The position numbers and the translations under genes were made by a program. From positions 1 to 58,084 of IMG/VR virus record IMGVR_UViG_3300032116_000040: a stretch of 58,084 bases of DNA. One strand, written 5' to 3'. The DNA is from a virus. Taxonomy: Duplodnaviria; Heunggongvirae; Uroviricota; Caudoviricetes. The notes beneath the pieces are model-generated. The model ran no database searches, was not told where the DNA came from, and saw nothing but the letters and a program-made list of their open reading frames with translations. The first letter of the stretch is position 1. The number at the start of each line of letters is the position of its first letter. Shown piece after piece: positions 1 to 9,500 of the stretch.

Positions 1-492
1 ACAGCTAAGGGTACTTTTATTAGAAAGAATCCATCTCTAGAAAGAGTTCTTGAAAAGATAGGATACAACACAAAAGAAGTATGGGATCAGATTCTATTGG
101 ATGGAGGATCTGTACAAGGATTAGACTTTATGGATAATTATAAAGTTAAACTAGGTGAAGGTGCAAATCCCATTACTTTAAATAAGTGGTCTAAACTTCC
201 TGATGTAGAAAAAAACAACTATATTTCATTAAAGGAAGTCTATTTTACATTTAAGGAAGTAAATCAATTGGAACTTGTACGTCAGGCAGGATTACGTCAA
301 CAGTACATCGATCAATCTGTTTCTTTAAACCTAGCCTTTCCCACTGAAGCTGAACCAAAGTTTATCAATCAAGTTCACCTAGAGGCATATCAATCTGGAA
401 TAAAGACTCTCTATTATATGCGGACTGAATCAGTCCTAAGAGGAGATATCTCAGCTAGAGCAATGGTTGACTGTTTGAGTTGTGATGGATAG
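1..492 (+). CDS. nrdA: Ribonucleotide reductase class Ia alpha subunit, C-terminal part (5' truncated by window edge)
   Basis: Frame 1 is open from base 1 (TAKGTFIRKNPSLE...). Contains RQQYIDQSVSLN, GIKTLYYMRT and the C-terminal redox CxxC (CLSCDG*). Confidence 0.95.
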   Translation, partial: TAKGTFIRKNPSLERVLEKIGYNTKEVWDQILLDGGSVQGLDFMDNYKVKLGEGANPITLNKWSKLPDVEKNNYISLKEVYFTFKEVNQLELVRQAGLRQQYIDQSVSLNLAFPTEAEPKFINQVHLEAYQSGIKTLYYMRTESVLRGDISARAMVDCLSCDG

Positions 493-516
493 AAGCACAA
501 AATAAGAAAAATCATG

Positions 517-542
517 AAAGCCGACTGAGTTCGGCTTTTTTT
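517..542 (+). terminator. Rho-independent terminator after nrdA
   Basis: AAAGCCGA-CTGAGT-TCGGCTTT hairpin followed by a T run. Confidence 0.85.
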
Positions 543-546
543 ATTT

Positions 547-555
547 GATAAATAA
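547..555 (+). promoter_or_regulatory. Late promoter-like motif GATAAATAA
   Basis: Resembles T4 late promoter TATAAATA; the same motif precedes most virion genes in this window. Confidence 0.65.
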
Positions 556-570
556 TAAGAAACAGTTTAT

Positions 571-915
571 ATGCTTAAGGGTTTTACAAATTTCATAAAT
601 GAGAGCAAGGAAGAAATTGAATCTTTTGCTAATACTAGAGAGGCAGGTGCAGAAAAAATAGTGGACAATGCAAAAGAAAAAGGAGGGCTTGCTCTACTTA
701 CTTGGCATCACTTTAAAGTAAAGCTACCCTACTATAAAAAAGCTGCAGCTGGCAAATTTGATCTAGCTAAAGCAAAAGACGAATACAAAGATCTTCTTGA
801 AAAATTATATCTTGCAACAAAGACTGACATGGACATAAACCAAGTAGATTTTCAAGAGCTAGTTGGAAAAATTGAAGTGTTAGGAGAATTAATCATTCAG
901 GAAGAAAATAAATAA
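571..915 (+). CDS. Putative internal head protein with capsid-targeting-like N-terminus
   Basis: 114 aa; starts MLKGFTNFINE, similar to T4 CTS MKTYQEFIAE; late motif upstream. Confidence 0.6.
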   Translation: MLKGFTNFINESKEEIESFANTREAGAEKIVDNAKEKGGLALLTWHHFKVKLPYYKKAAAGKFDLAKAKDEYKDLLEKLYLATKTDMDINQVDFQELVGKIEVLGELIIQEENK

Positions 916-932
916 TAAAAAATAAACCACTT

Positions 933-1166
933 ATGCTTAATTTCAAGCAATTTGTAAATGAAAGCAAAGATCATGACTTTGATTCCATTGAAAAAGGAGA
1001 CGTTGTTCTTTTAATAGGTCATCGATACACCGTAAAAAAAGTAGGATCTGGCGTAATTGTGCTAGATGGAAAAAACAAAGAGCTTCGAGTAAACAAAGGA
1101 ATGTGGAAGGAGCGAAACGGTAAAATACAAGAAAAAAAGAAAGGTTCTAAAAAAGATGAAGAATAA
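933..1166 (+). CDS. Small putative internal head protein
   Basis: 77 aa; starts MLNFKQFVNE; AATAAATAA at 907-915; small beta-barrel-like pattern. Confidence 0.55.
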   Translation: MLNFKQFVNESKDHDFDSIEKGDVVLLIGHRYTVKKVGSGVIVLDGKNKELRVNKGMWKERNGKIQEKKKGSKKDEE

Positions 1167-1656
1167 ACACATTAAAAAGTATTCTGACTTTTTATTTGAA
1201 CAGGACATGATGGCTCCGCCTATGCCCGGTGCCCCTGCTCCAGGTGCTCCAGGTGCGGCCAAGCCAATAAACTATAGATTTTTATTTATGTCTGGCGCAG
1301 ACGATACTGGAAATAAGAGAAATAAATATCCGGACGGAAGCGTAGTGATCGAATATCCATGTTATTCTGTTACCGCAGCTGATCTTGAATCTTGGTTAAA
1401 GGAAAACGTTATTTCATCAGATAAAAATGATTTAAACAAAACTGAATTAGAAATTCGTAAAAAGAGCTTGCTGGATATCGTTAAAGGAGATCGTACAAAT
1501 ATTTCAACGGATGATGCTCCATTCATTGAAAAATTAAAAAATGCAACTTCTGCAAATCTTATAGGTAAACCTCTTCCCGATGTGACCGTTGTTTTTTCAA
1601 GAGGTGTTCCCACGACAGAAGATGTTGACGTCACCTTTATAAAATACAAAAAGTAA
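1156..1656 (+). CDS. Putative internal head protein with Pro/Ala/Gly-rich linker
   Basis: 166 aa; KKYSDFLFE motif then MMAPPMPGAPAPGAPGAA. Confidence 0.55.
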   Translation: MKNKHIKKYSDFLFEQDMMAPPMPGAPAPGAPGAAKPINYRFLFMSGADDTGNKRNKYPDGSVVIEYPCYSVTAADLESWLKENVISSDKNDLNKTELEIRKKSLLDIVKGDRTNISTDDAPFIEKLKNATSANLIGKPLPDVTVVFSRGVPTTEDVDVTFIKYKK

Positions 1657-2405
1657 TGATTAAATCATTTATCGAGTTTATAAACGAAAATACCGATCGT
1701 GATTCTAACTTTATTAAAAGTTTATCCCAGTCTCTTATCAATAAGATGCGTACCTCCAACATTGAAGATGGACCAGAATATTCAGTTTTTGCAGGTATGG
1801 AATTTACTGAGCCCTTTATCTTTGATCTAATTTTAAATGTTCGCAAAGATACAAACCCAATTCTTGAAGAAGATCACCACTTTAATGGACTTCCTTGGGA
1901 AAAAATAAATTTTGATCTTTTAGGTTATAGCATTGATGCAAATACTAAAATGAGTAAATCAAAGTCAAAAATACCTAAAATCATAGTTCACATCATCTTA
2001 AATCCTAAAAAGGAACCTTTCCTATATAGTAAGCTTTACTCTAGGCTCATAGACATATTGACTCATGAGACAAATCACCTAAACCAACTAGGGATTAACA
2101 GGGAACCCTTTAATACTCAAGTAAGTAGTAAATCCAAAAGAGAAAAAGCAAAAAAGAGCTACTCTTACTTTTTATTGAATGATGAAATTGAATCAATGGT
2201 TGAAGGAATGTATGAAAGTTCAAAGGAACAAAATATACCAATTGACCAGGTTTTTAACAGTTATCTAAACCCATTCATTGAATCAAACTATATTACTCAA
2301 TCTGAATATCAGCAGGTCATGAAAGCTTGGGTTACTCGAGCGGCTGAACTTTATCCAGATGCAGTTTTTTCTAGCAAAGTAAATCACATCATAAACTCAA
2401 TCTAA
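1656..2405 (+). CDS. Putative head-packaged zincin-like metalloprotease
   Basis: Starts MIKSFIEFINE; ILTHETNHLNQ (HExxH) plus downstream NDEIES. Confidence 0.55.
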   Translation: MIKSFIEFINENTDRDSNFIKSLSQSLINKMRTSNIEDGPEYSVFAGMEFTEPFIFDLILNVRKDTNPILEEDHHFNGLPWEKINFDLLGYSIDANTKMSKSKSKIPKIIVHIILNPKKEPFLYSKLYSRLIDILTHETNHLNQLGINREPFNTQVSSKSKREKAKKSYSYFLLNDEIESMVEGMYESSKEQNIPIDQVFNSYLNPFIESNYITQSEYQQVMKAWVTRAAELYPDAVFSSKVNHIINSI

Positions 2406-2432
2406 AACCAATTTCATTGTTTATAGTAAAAT
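2405..2432 (+). promoter_or_regulatory. Class-2 (early/middle-like) promoter motif
   Basis: AAACC followed at +20 by AGTAAAAT, like the sites at 2781, 13526, 25001, 36961 and 45090. Confidence 0.4.
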
Positions 2433-2451
2433 ACTATAAAAAGTATTAAAT

Positions 2452-2721
2452 ATGAACAATTTTGAAAAATTAAAAGAAGAAGTTAATGCAGTTCATTCAA
2501 CTATCTTTGACCCGATCTATGCTCTTATTTCTTCTGCTGAAGATGATGCAGACAAATATTATGCAAAAGGTGTAAAAAGCGCTGGAAATCGCCTTAAAAA
2601 GAAAATGCAAGAGATTCGTAAAGCGATTAAGCACCCTGCAGTTAAAGCGGAAATGACTAAGATTCAAGAAGGTGCTAAAAATCTTCGTCAAACTTTAACT
2701 GATGAGATCTCATCAAAATAA
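2452..2721 (+). CDS. Histone H1-like (Hc1-family-like) small basic helical protein
   Basis: DADKYYAKGVKSAGNRLKKKMQEIRKAIK resembles the Bacteroidota Hc1-like signature D..K....NKAAG.R.RK. Confidence 0.6.
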   Translation: MNNFEKLKEEVNAVHSTIFDPIYALISSAEDDADKYYAKGVKSAGNRLKKKMQEIRKAIKHPAVKAEMTKIQEGAKNLRQTLTDEISSK

Positions 2722-2744
2722 TTTCTCTAAACTATAAACTACGG

Positions 2745-2772
2745 AAAATGCCTCTTTTGAGGCATTTTTTTT
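2745..2772 (+). terminator. Rho-independent terminator
   Basis: AAAATGCCTC-TTTT-GAGGCATTTT plus T run. Confidence 0.85.
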
Positions 2773-2780
2773 GTTTTTTA

Positions 2781-2807
2781 AAACTTTTATAGTATTATTA
2801 GTACAAT
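2781..2807 (+). promoter_or_regulatory. Class-2 promoter motif upstream of the ssDNA-binding protein gene
   Basis: AAACTTTT-N11-AGTACAAT. Confidence 0.5.
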
Positions 2808-2830
2808 AATATAAAATAATAACAAAAATT

Positions 2831-3847
2831 ATGACAGATTTTTTTGATTTACCAGAAGACGGCTTTGTAAAAAAGCCCCAGTCTGGAGGAAGTAAAAAAA
2901 CGGATCCAAACGTCTATGACCCAGATCCAAATGCACACAACGGTTCGTATAAATCAGTTTTTAGATTTATACCGTATGTGTTCGACAAAACCAAAAGCAA
3001 ATACACAAAGTATTCTGCTAAATTCTGGAATCCCTTAACTAAGGAATCCCTAATTATCGATTGTCCATCAAACGTTGAAAAACCTTCAATTCTTTGGACC
3101 ATAGAATCAGTGTTAAGATCCTTGAAAAAGGAAGAGCCTGAGATTGTTGATGAAATCGGTAGAAATTTTTCAAGATGGAACACTAGCCACTCAGCTGTGT
3201 ATATTAAGAAAGATCCACAAAGACCTGACCTTGAAGGAACCATTAAAATCTTTAAGTTCAGAAATCAAATTGGAATGTTGATCGATCAACTTGTAAATCC
3301 TGAAGAGCTAGATGGTTTATCTACTGGTAAAAAAGTAAATCCATATCATCTACTAGAGGGTAAAGATTTTCTTTGTGTAGTCGGTAAAAAAACCAAAGAC
3401 TTTAGAGATTGGTCTAAATGTAAATTCATGGACGAAATTACTCCATTCGTTTTTAAAATCGGCGATACTCAAGTGATTGTTGAAAATAGCGAAAAGTCAG
3501 TAAAGCTAGTAAACGAGTTTATGACTAAACACACTCCAAAAATGGATGAATATTTTCATCAAGAATGGACTGAAGAAACTTTTAATAAGGTCGCTGAGGC
3601 AGTTGTTGCAGCAATCCCTCAAAGAGAAGTCTTGGAAATGGTACTTGAGAGAAGCAAAGACTCTAAGATGAATGAATTAATTCGTTCAAAAATGAAACCT
3701 GGAAAATCAAATGCTCCTAAAGCCAGCGTTAATGATGATCTTGAGTTTACAAGTAGCAAGTCTGAAGAGACTCAATCGGTTGAGCAATCAGTTTCTAATA
3801 ATGATTCTGCCGATGATGAATACGATTCTCTATTCTCAAATTTATAA
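2831..3847 (+). CDS. Single-stranded DNA-binding protein, T4 gp32-like
   Basis: 338 aa; YKSVFRFIP, G.IKIFKF, NPY.L.EGKDF pattern, acidic tail (DDEYDSLFSNL). Confidence 0.75.
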   Translation: MTDFFDLPEDGFVKKPQSGGSKKTDPNVYDPDPNAHNGSYKSVFRFIPYVFDKTKSKYTKYSAKFWNPLTKESLIIDCPSNVEKPSILWTIESVLRSLKKEEPEIVDEIGRNFSRWNTSHSAVYIKKDPQRPDLEGTIKIFKFRNQIGMLIDQLVNPEELDGLSTGKKVNPYHLLEGKDFLCVVGKKTKDFRDWSKCKFMDEITPFVFKIGDTQVIVENSEKSVKLVNEFMTKHTPKMDEYFHQEWTEETFNKVAEAVVAAIPQREVLEMVLERSKDSKMNELIRSKMKPGKSNAPKASVNDDLEFTSSKSEETQSVEQSVSNNDSADDEYDSLFSNL

Positions 3848-3861
3848 AATAATTCAATATC

Positions 3862-4146
3862 ATGAACGAAGATAAAGAACCACAGGTTTTAGTTGAGAAG
3901 GAATCTTCTAAACCTAATGAAAATCCAAATATTTTATTTGGAACAATTACCTATGCTGATGATTCTGCATATGAGGACTTCATATCTAAAATGAATATTA
4001 GTCAAGCGCTATTTGTATTGATAGCTTCTGCTAATTATTCTCAAGCAAAAGGTGCATTTAATTTATTAGAATCTGAAACTCTTTCTGCCGCAATCAGAAA
4101 AATTAGAAAAACTAGCGAAAAGTCAGAGGACGGGAGCTCAAAATAA
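3862..4146 (+). CDS. Hypothetical protein
   Basis: 94 aa ORF in operon context. Confidence 0.6.
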   Translation: MNEDKEPQVLVEKESSKPNENPNILFGTITYADDSAYEDFISKMNISQALFVLIASANYSQAKGAFNLLESETLSAAIRKIRKTSEKSEDGSSK

Positions 4147-4157
4147 AATAAGTTAAC

Positions 4158-5297
4158 ATGGACTTAATCATAGACGGAAACGCTTTTATTAATGTCGCTA
4201 TAAGCGTCACCAAGTCCCTATCTACCAAGGACAAAAGGACAGGTGACGCTTATTATGTTAACGATCTTTTCAATGACGGAGAATTTATTTTAAAGGAACA
4301 CGTAAAAATAACCTTTAGGAATTTTTGTTTTACTTACCTAAATTCATTAATTTCTCCGATATCGTCTCATCCAGAAAAAGTTCATATTGTCTTTGATTCA
4401 AGCAGTTGGAGAAAAGAATATACTTCTGACTTTTTTAAGAATTCTGATTTTAAAACAACTTCTGCGCCAGTTGAGTTTAAGTATAAAGGAAATCGAAAGT
4501 ATGATGACCATCAATACTTATTCTTTGATTATTTTCAGCAAGTTATAATGCAGCATCTAGTTGAAAAAGCAGGAATAAATCAGTATAAATTTAAAGGAAC
4601 TGAGGGAGACGATATTATTGCATATCTATGTGACATAATAAGCGACGATATCTTGATTTATTCAGTAGATCAAGATTTAAAACAATTAACGGGTACTCCA
4701 AATAAAAACGTTCTACTAATTACGCCAAAGCAAATGGCTAAAAATAAGAGACTTTTTGTTCCGAGTCAGCTCGTACCTACCGCTGCAAATGAAGAAGTAG
4801 ATAACTTCTTTTCATTAAGCGATGCTCACATTACTGGAGCGACGATCGAAAAAACAATTTCTAATTTAACTAATAAGGATTATGTTGAATATAAAGTAGA
4901 TCTTGTTGAAGACGTTTTAAGTAAGATCCTATTGGGAGATAAGTCAGATAACATTCCAAAAATAACTAGTGTGACTCCGTCAAAAGCTAAAAAAGTAATT
5001 GCTGCAGTCCACGATAAATTTGGAGAAAAAATAATACCTCTCCTAGACGATCTAAATTCTTCAGTAATTGACAGCGTTGTTCTAGAAATAAAAACTCTAA
5101 ATAAAATTAAGGACCAAGATAAAATAGATGAGATCAGAGAACACTTACTCTTTAATATTAAGTTAACTCGTCTATCCATTAAAGTGTTCCCAAAAGAGAT
5201 CAGAGAATCCCTAGTTGAATTCTTTAAAGATTATTCAATAACAAATTTTAATTTTAGAGAATTTACTAATTTAAAAAATAATTTATCATCACTATGA
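4158..5297 (+). CDS. rnh: T4 RNase H-like 5'-3' exonuclease / flap endonuclease
   Basis: LIIDGN, IVFDSSSWRK, YKGNR, EGDDII, SVDQDLKQL, GDKSDNIP motifs. Confidence 0.9.
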   Translation: MDLIIDGNAFINVAISVTKSLSTKDKRTGDAYYVNDLFNDGEFILKEHVKITFRNFCFTYLNSLISPISSHPEKVHIVFDSSSWRKEYTSDFFKNSDFKTTSAPVEFKYKGNRKYDDHQYLFFDYFQQVIMQHLVEKAGINQYKFKGTEGDDIIAYLCDIISDDILIYSVDQDLKQLTGTPNKNVLLITPKQMAKNKRLFVPSQLVPTAANEEVDNFFSLSDAHITGATIEKTISNLTNKDYVEYKVDLVEDVLSKILLGDKSDNIPKITSVTPSKAKKVIAAVHDKFGEKIIPLLDDLNSSVIDSVVLEIKTLNKIKDQDKIDEIREHLLFNIKLTRLSIKVFPKEIRESLVEFFKDYSITNFNFREFTNLKNNLSSL

Positions 5298-5593
5298 AGC
5301 CTCTATACGAAAGAGTATTAGTTAAACCTAAAGATAAGGAGACTAGAACAAAACAAGGAATCATGCTTCCTGAAAAAGCAGTTAAAAAACCAAATATCGG
5401 AATTGTTATTAATACTGGTGACGGAACCAAACACAATGAAATGGTAGTTAAGCCTGGCGACACTATTCTATTTAATCGCTACGCTGGTCTAGAATTATTC
5501 TACAAAGGAGAAAAGCACTACGTCATTATGGCAAATGAAATCATTGGCATTTTAGATGACGCAAATGATATTTCATTAGAAGAATTTGAATAA
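5294..5593 (+). CDS. groES: Co-chaperonin GroES
   Basis: MKPLYERVLVKP, mobile loop GIMLPEKA, VKPGDTILF..YAG, EIIGI. Confidence 0.92.
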   Translation: MKPLYERVLVKPKDKETRTKQGIMLPEKAVKKPNIGIVINTGDGTKHNEMVVKPGDTILFNRYAGLELFYKGEKHYVIMANEIIGILDDANDISLEEFE

Positions 5594-5605
5594 AAAATAA
5601 AAGTT

Positions 5606-6481
5606 ATGATTTTAAAAAAAGGAAGTAAGGGAGAATCTGTTAAGACACTCCAAGAATTTTTAAAAATTACTATTGATGGTGATTTTGGACCAAAAACAGA
5701 AGCAGCTGTAAAATCTTGGCAAAAAGCACATGGATTATTTGATGATGGTATTGTAGGTCCTAAGACTTGGGCACACATGGGTATTCTTACAACTGATAAT
5801 GCTGAGAACATAGAAGTAATAAAAGCATTGGAGATTAAGAAACATTGGATGCCAGCTGGAACATACTTTCCGGGCCCAGTCCAAAAGGACTGGATCTTCT
5901 TACATCATACTGCAGGGGGACCTAATCCCTATCAAGTAGCAGACATGTGGGCTAGAGATGATAGAGGTAACGTTGCTACCGAGTATATCTTAGGCGGACA
6001 GTCAGTAGACGGTAAGAATAAAAAATATGATGGAGAAATGGTACAGTGCTTTCCTGATGGAGGTTATGGATGGCACACAGGCACAGGTAACTCCCTAATG
6101 CATAGAAATTCTGTCGCGATTGAAGTATGTTGCATGGGCCAGATAGTTAACGGTAAGACCTATGTAAATACAACGGCTGACTCTAGTCAAATAATTAAGT
6201 TAGACAAGCCGTTTAGAGGATTTCAATATTGGCACAATTATTCTGAAGCTCAATTAAAAGCTCTTGAAAATTGGATCAAGTTTATTGCTGAAAAATATTC
6301 AATTGATCCTAGGGTAGGTTTAGTAGAGTATGTTAAAGCTAAAGGAGCAGACGGTTTTGATGTCCTAGATGTTGCTAGAGCTGAAAAGATTCCTGGCATG
6401 TATTCTCACACCAACGTATTAAGAGGAAAGGTTGACATGTATCCTCATCCAGACCTAATTGATATGTTATTAAGTCTATAA
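5606..6481 (+). CDS. Endolysin: peptidoglycan-binding domain plus N-acetylmuramoyl-L-alanine amidase (Amidase_2)
   Basis: N-terminal LKKGSKGESV..LQ..DGDFGPKTEAAVK..Q..DGIVGPKTW; catalytic LHHTAG, SVAIEVC, YSH..K.DMYP. Confidence 0.88.
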   Translation: MILKKGSKGESVKTLQEFLKITIDGDFGPKTEAAVKSWQKAHGLFDDGIVGPKTWAHMGILTTDNAENIEVIKALEIKKHWMPAGTYFPGPVQKDWIFLHHTAGGPNPYQVADMWARDDRGNVATEYILGGQSVDGKNKKYDGEMVQCFPDGGYGWHTGTGNSLMHRNSVAIEVCCMGQIVNGKTYVNTTADSSQIIKLDKPFRGFQYWHNYSEAQLKALENWIKFIAEKYSIDPRVGLVEYVKAKGADGFDVLDVARAEKIPGMYSHTNVLRGKVDMYPHPDLIDMLLSL

Positions 6482-6501
6482 TAAAATCGACCCCCTAAAA
6501 T

Positions 6502-6535
6502 AAAAAAAGGGAACCGAAAGGTTCCCTTTTTCTTT
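6502..6535. terminator. Bidirectional terminator between endolysin and tail sheath
   Basis: A7-GGGAACC-GAAA-GGTTCCC-T5; A/T runs on both sides. Confidence 0.9.
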
Positions 6536-6548
6536 AATAATAAATCGA

Positions 6549-9500
6549 TTAGAAACTTGGAATAAATCCAGTTGAATCTGAACTTAATGTTCCTCCTACT
6601 CTTGTAATAGTGATTCGATTGATGAATTTTTGGATTCCTCTTGGGAAATCTACTCGAATATCTATAATTGCAGCGTTTGCTGAAATCACCTCATTGGTGT
6701 TATTTGAAGTATCAAATATGACTTCATATGTGGAAATTCCTTTTGCATTAACTACTGCGTTCAAGTAATTTTCAACTATAGTTCTTACTCGTAATCTTGT
6801 AATCTCATCATTGAAATCAAATAAGAAATTAAATAAGATCTTTTCAAGGTCTCGTTCAATCGTAGATAAGTTATCTCTAACGTGAGCATTGTTAAGAGCT
6901 GAATTAATTCTCTGATATGCGGTGTTATTAGAGAACAAGATGATTCCAAATCCTCTACGTTTAACTGTTAAGTTGAATCCTACTGGCTCTAAGAAATCTC
7001 TGTCCTCGTCAGTAAGATCGTATTCTAATCCAACGATTTCCGGATCATTAAGAGCTCCTCTTTTTCCACCAGCTACGATTAAGAATGGAGTACCGTTCTT
7101 GAATTTTCTAACATATAAGTTAGAGATATATCCTGCTTGTGGAACTGAAATGTTCTTGCTTCCGCTTCTTACTATTAAGTTAGGGAAGTGATATGATGAA
7201 TAAGAAGATAAAGGAACTCCCTTAACGTCTTCTTCAGCAAATTTATAAAGAAAGCTAGGATTCAATGCAGTATTTCCTCCTAGTGAAATAAGCTCAGTTG
7301 AAACCAATTTATTTGTAGTGTCAATAAAGCTAGGATCAACTGATTTCTCAAATTGCTGCATTGATGGAGCATTTAAGATCGCCATTGCCTGACCATTAAG
7401 TGCTGCTAATTTAGCCAAGTGATATTTAGAAGAACTAGATATTGTTCCAGAATAAGAATCGACAACATATCTAAAATCTACTAACTCCCCGTTTGAAAGA
7501 GCTTGTGGAATAAGGGTTTCTGTGAAAAGATAATCTAAAATACCGCCAGTCCCTTCTAATCGATCTGCTGTTCCGTCCGGTAACACATCGTTTCTCAACT
7601 TAAATGCTGCTAGCTTTTGACCTTTAAGACTTGTCACAAAGTTTGGAATTCCTGTATAAACTTGAATAGTGTTTCCAGTAACATCCAATCCTATTACTTC
7701 TTCTACTGAAGGAGCCATGGTTGTCACTTTAATCGTATCTGGTGCAGTTAGCGGATCGGGTGTAAGTACTGATACTATCTTCAATACTCTTGATCGTCCG
7801 TCTGCCACATTTGCTTTAATATAATTATTTGCTTTGATGTACTTATTAACCAATGCTTTATTTGGTACACTGATAGCTCCATCTAATTCAAGAATCAACA
7901 CATTAGGCTGAGAAATAGAATAACTAGCAAATATTGCAGTATCAGTTAAATCAAAAGTATGATTGAATTCATCACCGTCTGCTAAAGTTACTTTAAAATA
8001 ATCTGTACCTGAAAAATTATAGTAGTTTGCATTTACTTGAGAGGTCAATCCAATATTTGAATATACTTCAATTTTAATGTATTTTAATGAACTCACAACT
8101 AAGTTATCAATTACTTTTAAGTAACGTGTTGGGTTAATTCCATCTGAACTAGTATCACCAGTTTTTAGGAAACCTTTCGTATATGCCTCATATAACTTAC
8201 TTCCTTCCATTGCAACAATAAAGTCGGTCGTCGTATTAATAACATAAGTATCTCCATTTGCAGCACCTGCTGCAAATGATACAGGAGTCTCAATGCTAGT
8301 TATCTCAAAAAGAAGCTCTCTATCAATCGGTCGACTATAACTTAAAGTATCAATTAGAGGAGTCGGATCAACTATTGGATTATCATAAGTTATCGCAGTA
8401 ACTGTAATAACCTCAGGAATAGTACCACCAGTTATTGTAATAGTGTCACCGATTTCATATCCAGAACCAGCATCATTTACTGTGATCGCAGTTATTGCAC
8501 CAGCGACTGCTGTGATGTCAACCGTTAATCCGGAACCTCCACCAGCACTTGTAGTTGCAACACCAGTTGCAGTAGTATAACCTGTCCCAAGTCCATTCGT
8601 TGTAAACGTATCTACTCCACCGACATAGATGTTGTCAAATCCTCCATTATCAGCATAATACGCTAATTCATCGATTCCATGACCAATAATGTCTACTCGA
8701 TGTGTGTATACATCAGTATCGATAAAGTTATCATTAGTTAAATCAATTAAATCTAATTTTTCAGTATCTAGTGCACAAAGCAATCCAGTAGTTGGGAAAG
8801 CTCGGTTTACTAATCTATCGATTGACACGGTCACTCCGCTCTGATCTCTAAAATCAGGAATTAAACACCCGATTGTTCTGCTAATTACTGAAATTTCTCG
8901 TAAAGCAAAGAAATTAGAAGCATTTGATGTCTTTAATCCAACTTCATCAAAGTACGCCTTATATATTGGGTCCTTTGATAATTTTAAATAGTTTGACCAG
9001 TCTCCGTTTACTACAATAACCTCAACGAAATAGTCAGAGATAAAATCATCTGGGTGAACGAATGTAGGAAATTCAACACTTCCTCCACCTACGCTCGCAT
9101 ACCACTCTTTTGCAGTAACGTCAAATCCAGTAACATTAGCTTTTCTTACCCAAACCGTCATGTTATACTGTCCTAAGTTTACAAATGAAAGTATTTTATT
9201 TGATTCAGATGTAGTTATACCAAAACCTCCAGGAGTTGTAATGTAATCATCACCTAATGCTAAGTTTTTAGATTTATTTAGTTTAGTCGCATCAGCAAAC
9301 CATAGTCTTTGTCTATTAAAGAATTCAACTATTGGGTACTGATTTGCTCCATCGTTACCTGCAGCAGATTCACTGTTAAATGTAGTAAATGCTGCTTGGT
9401 CTAAATTTGATGAAGGAACAGCTATTTCAGTATCTAAAGGCAATACGTTCATTGCAAATACTGGTCCTTCTCTTAATGCAACTTCAATAGTTCTATGAAA

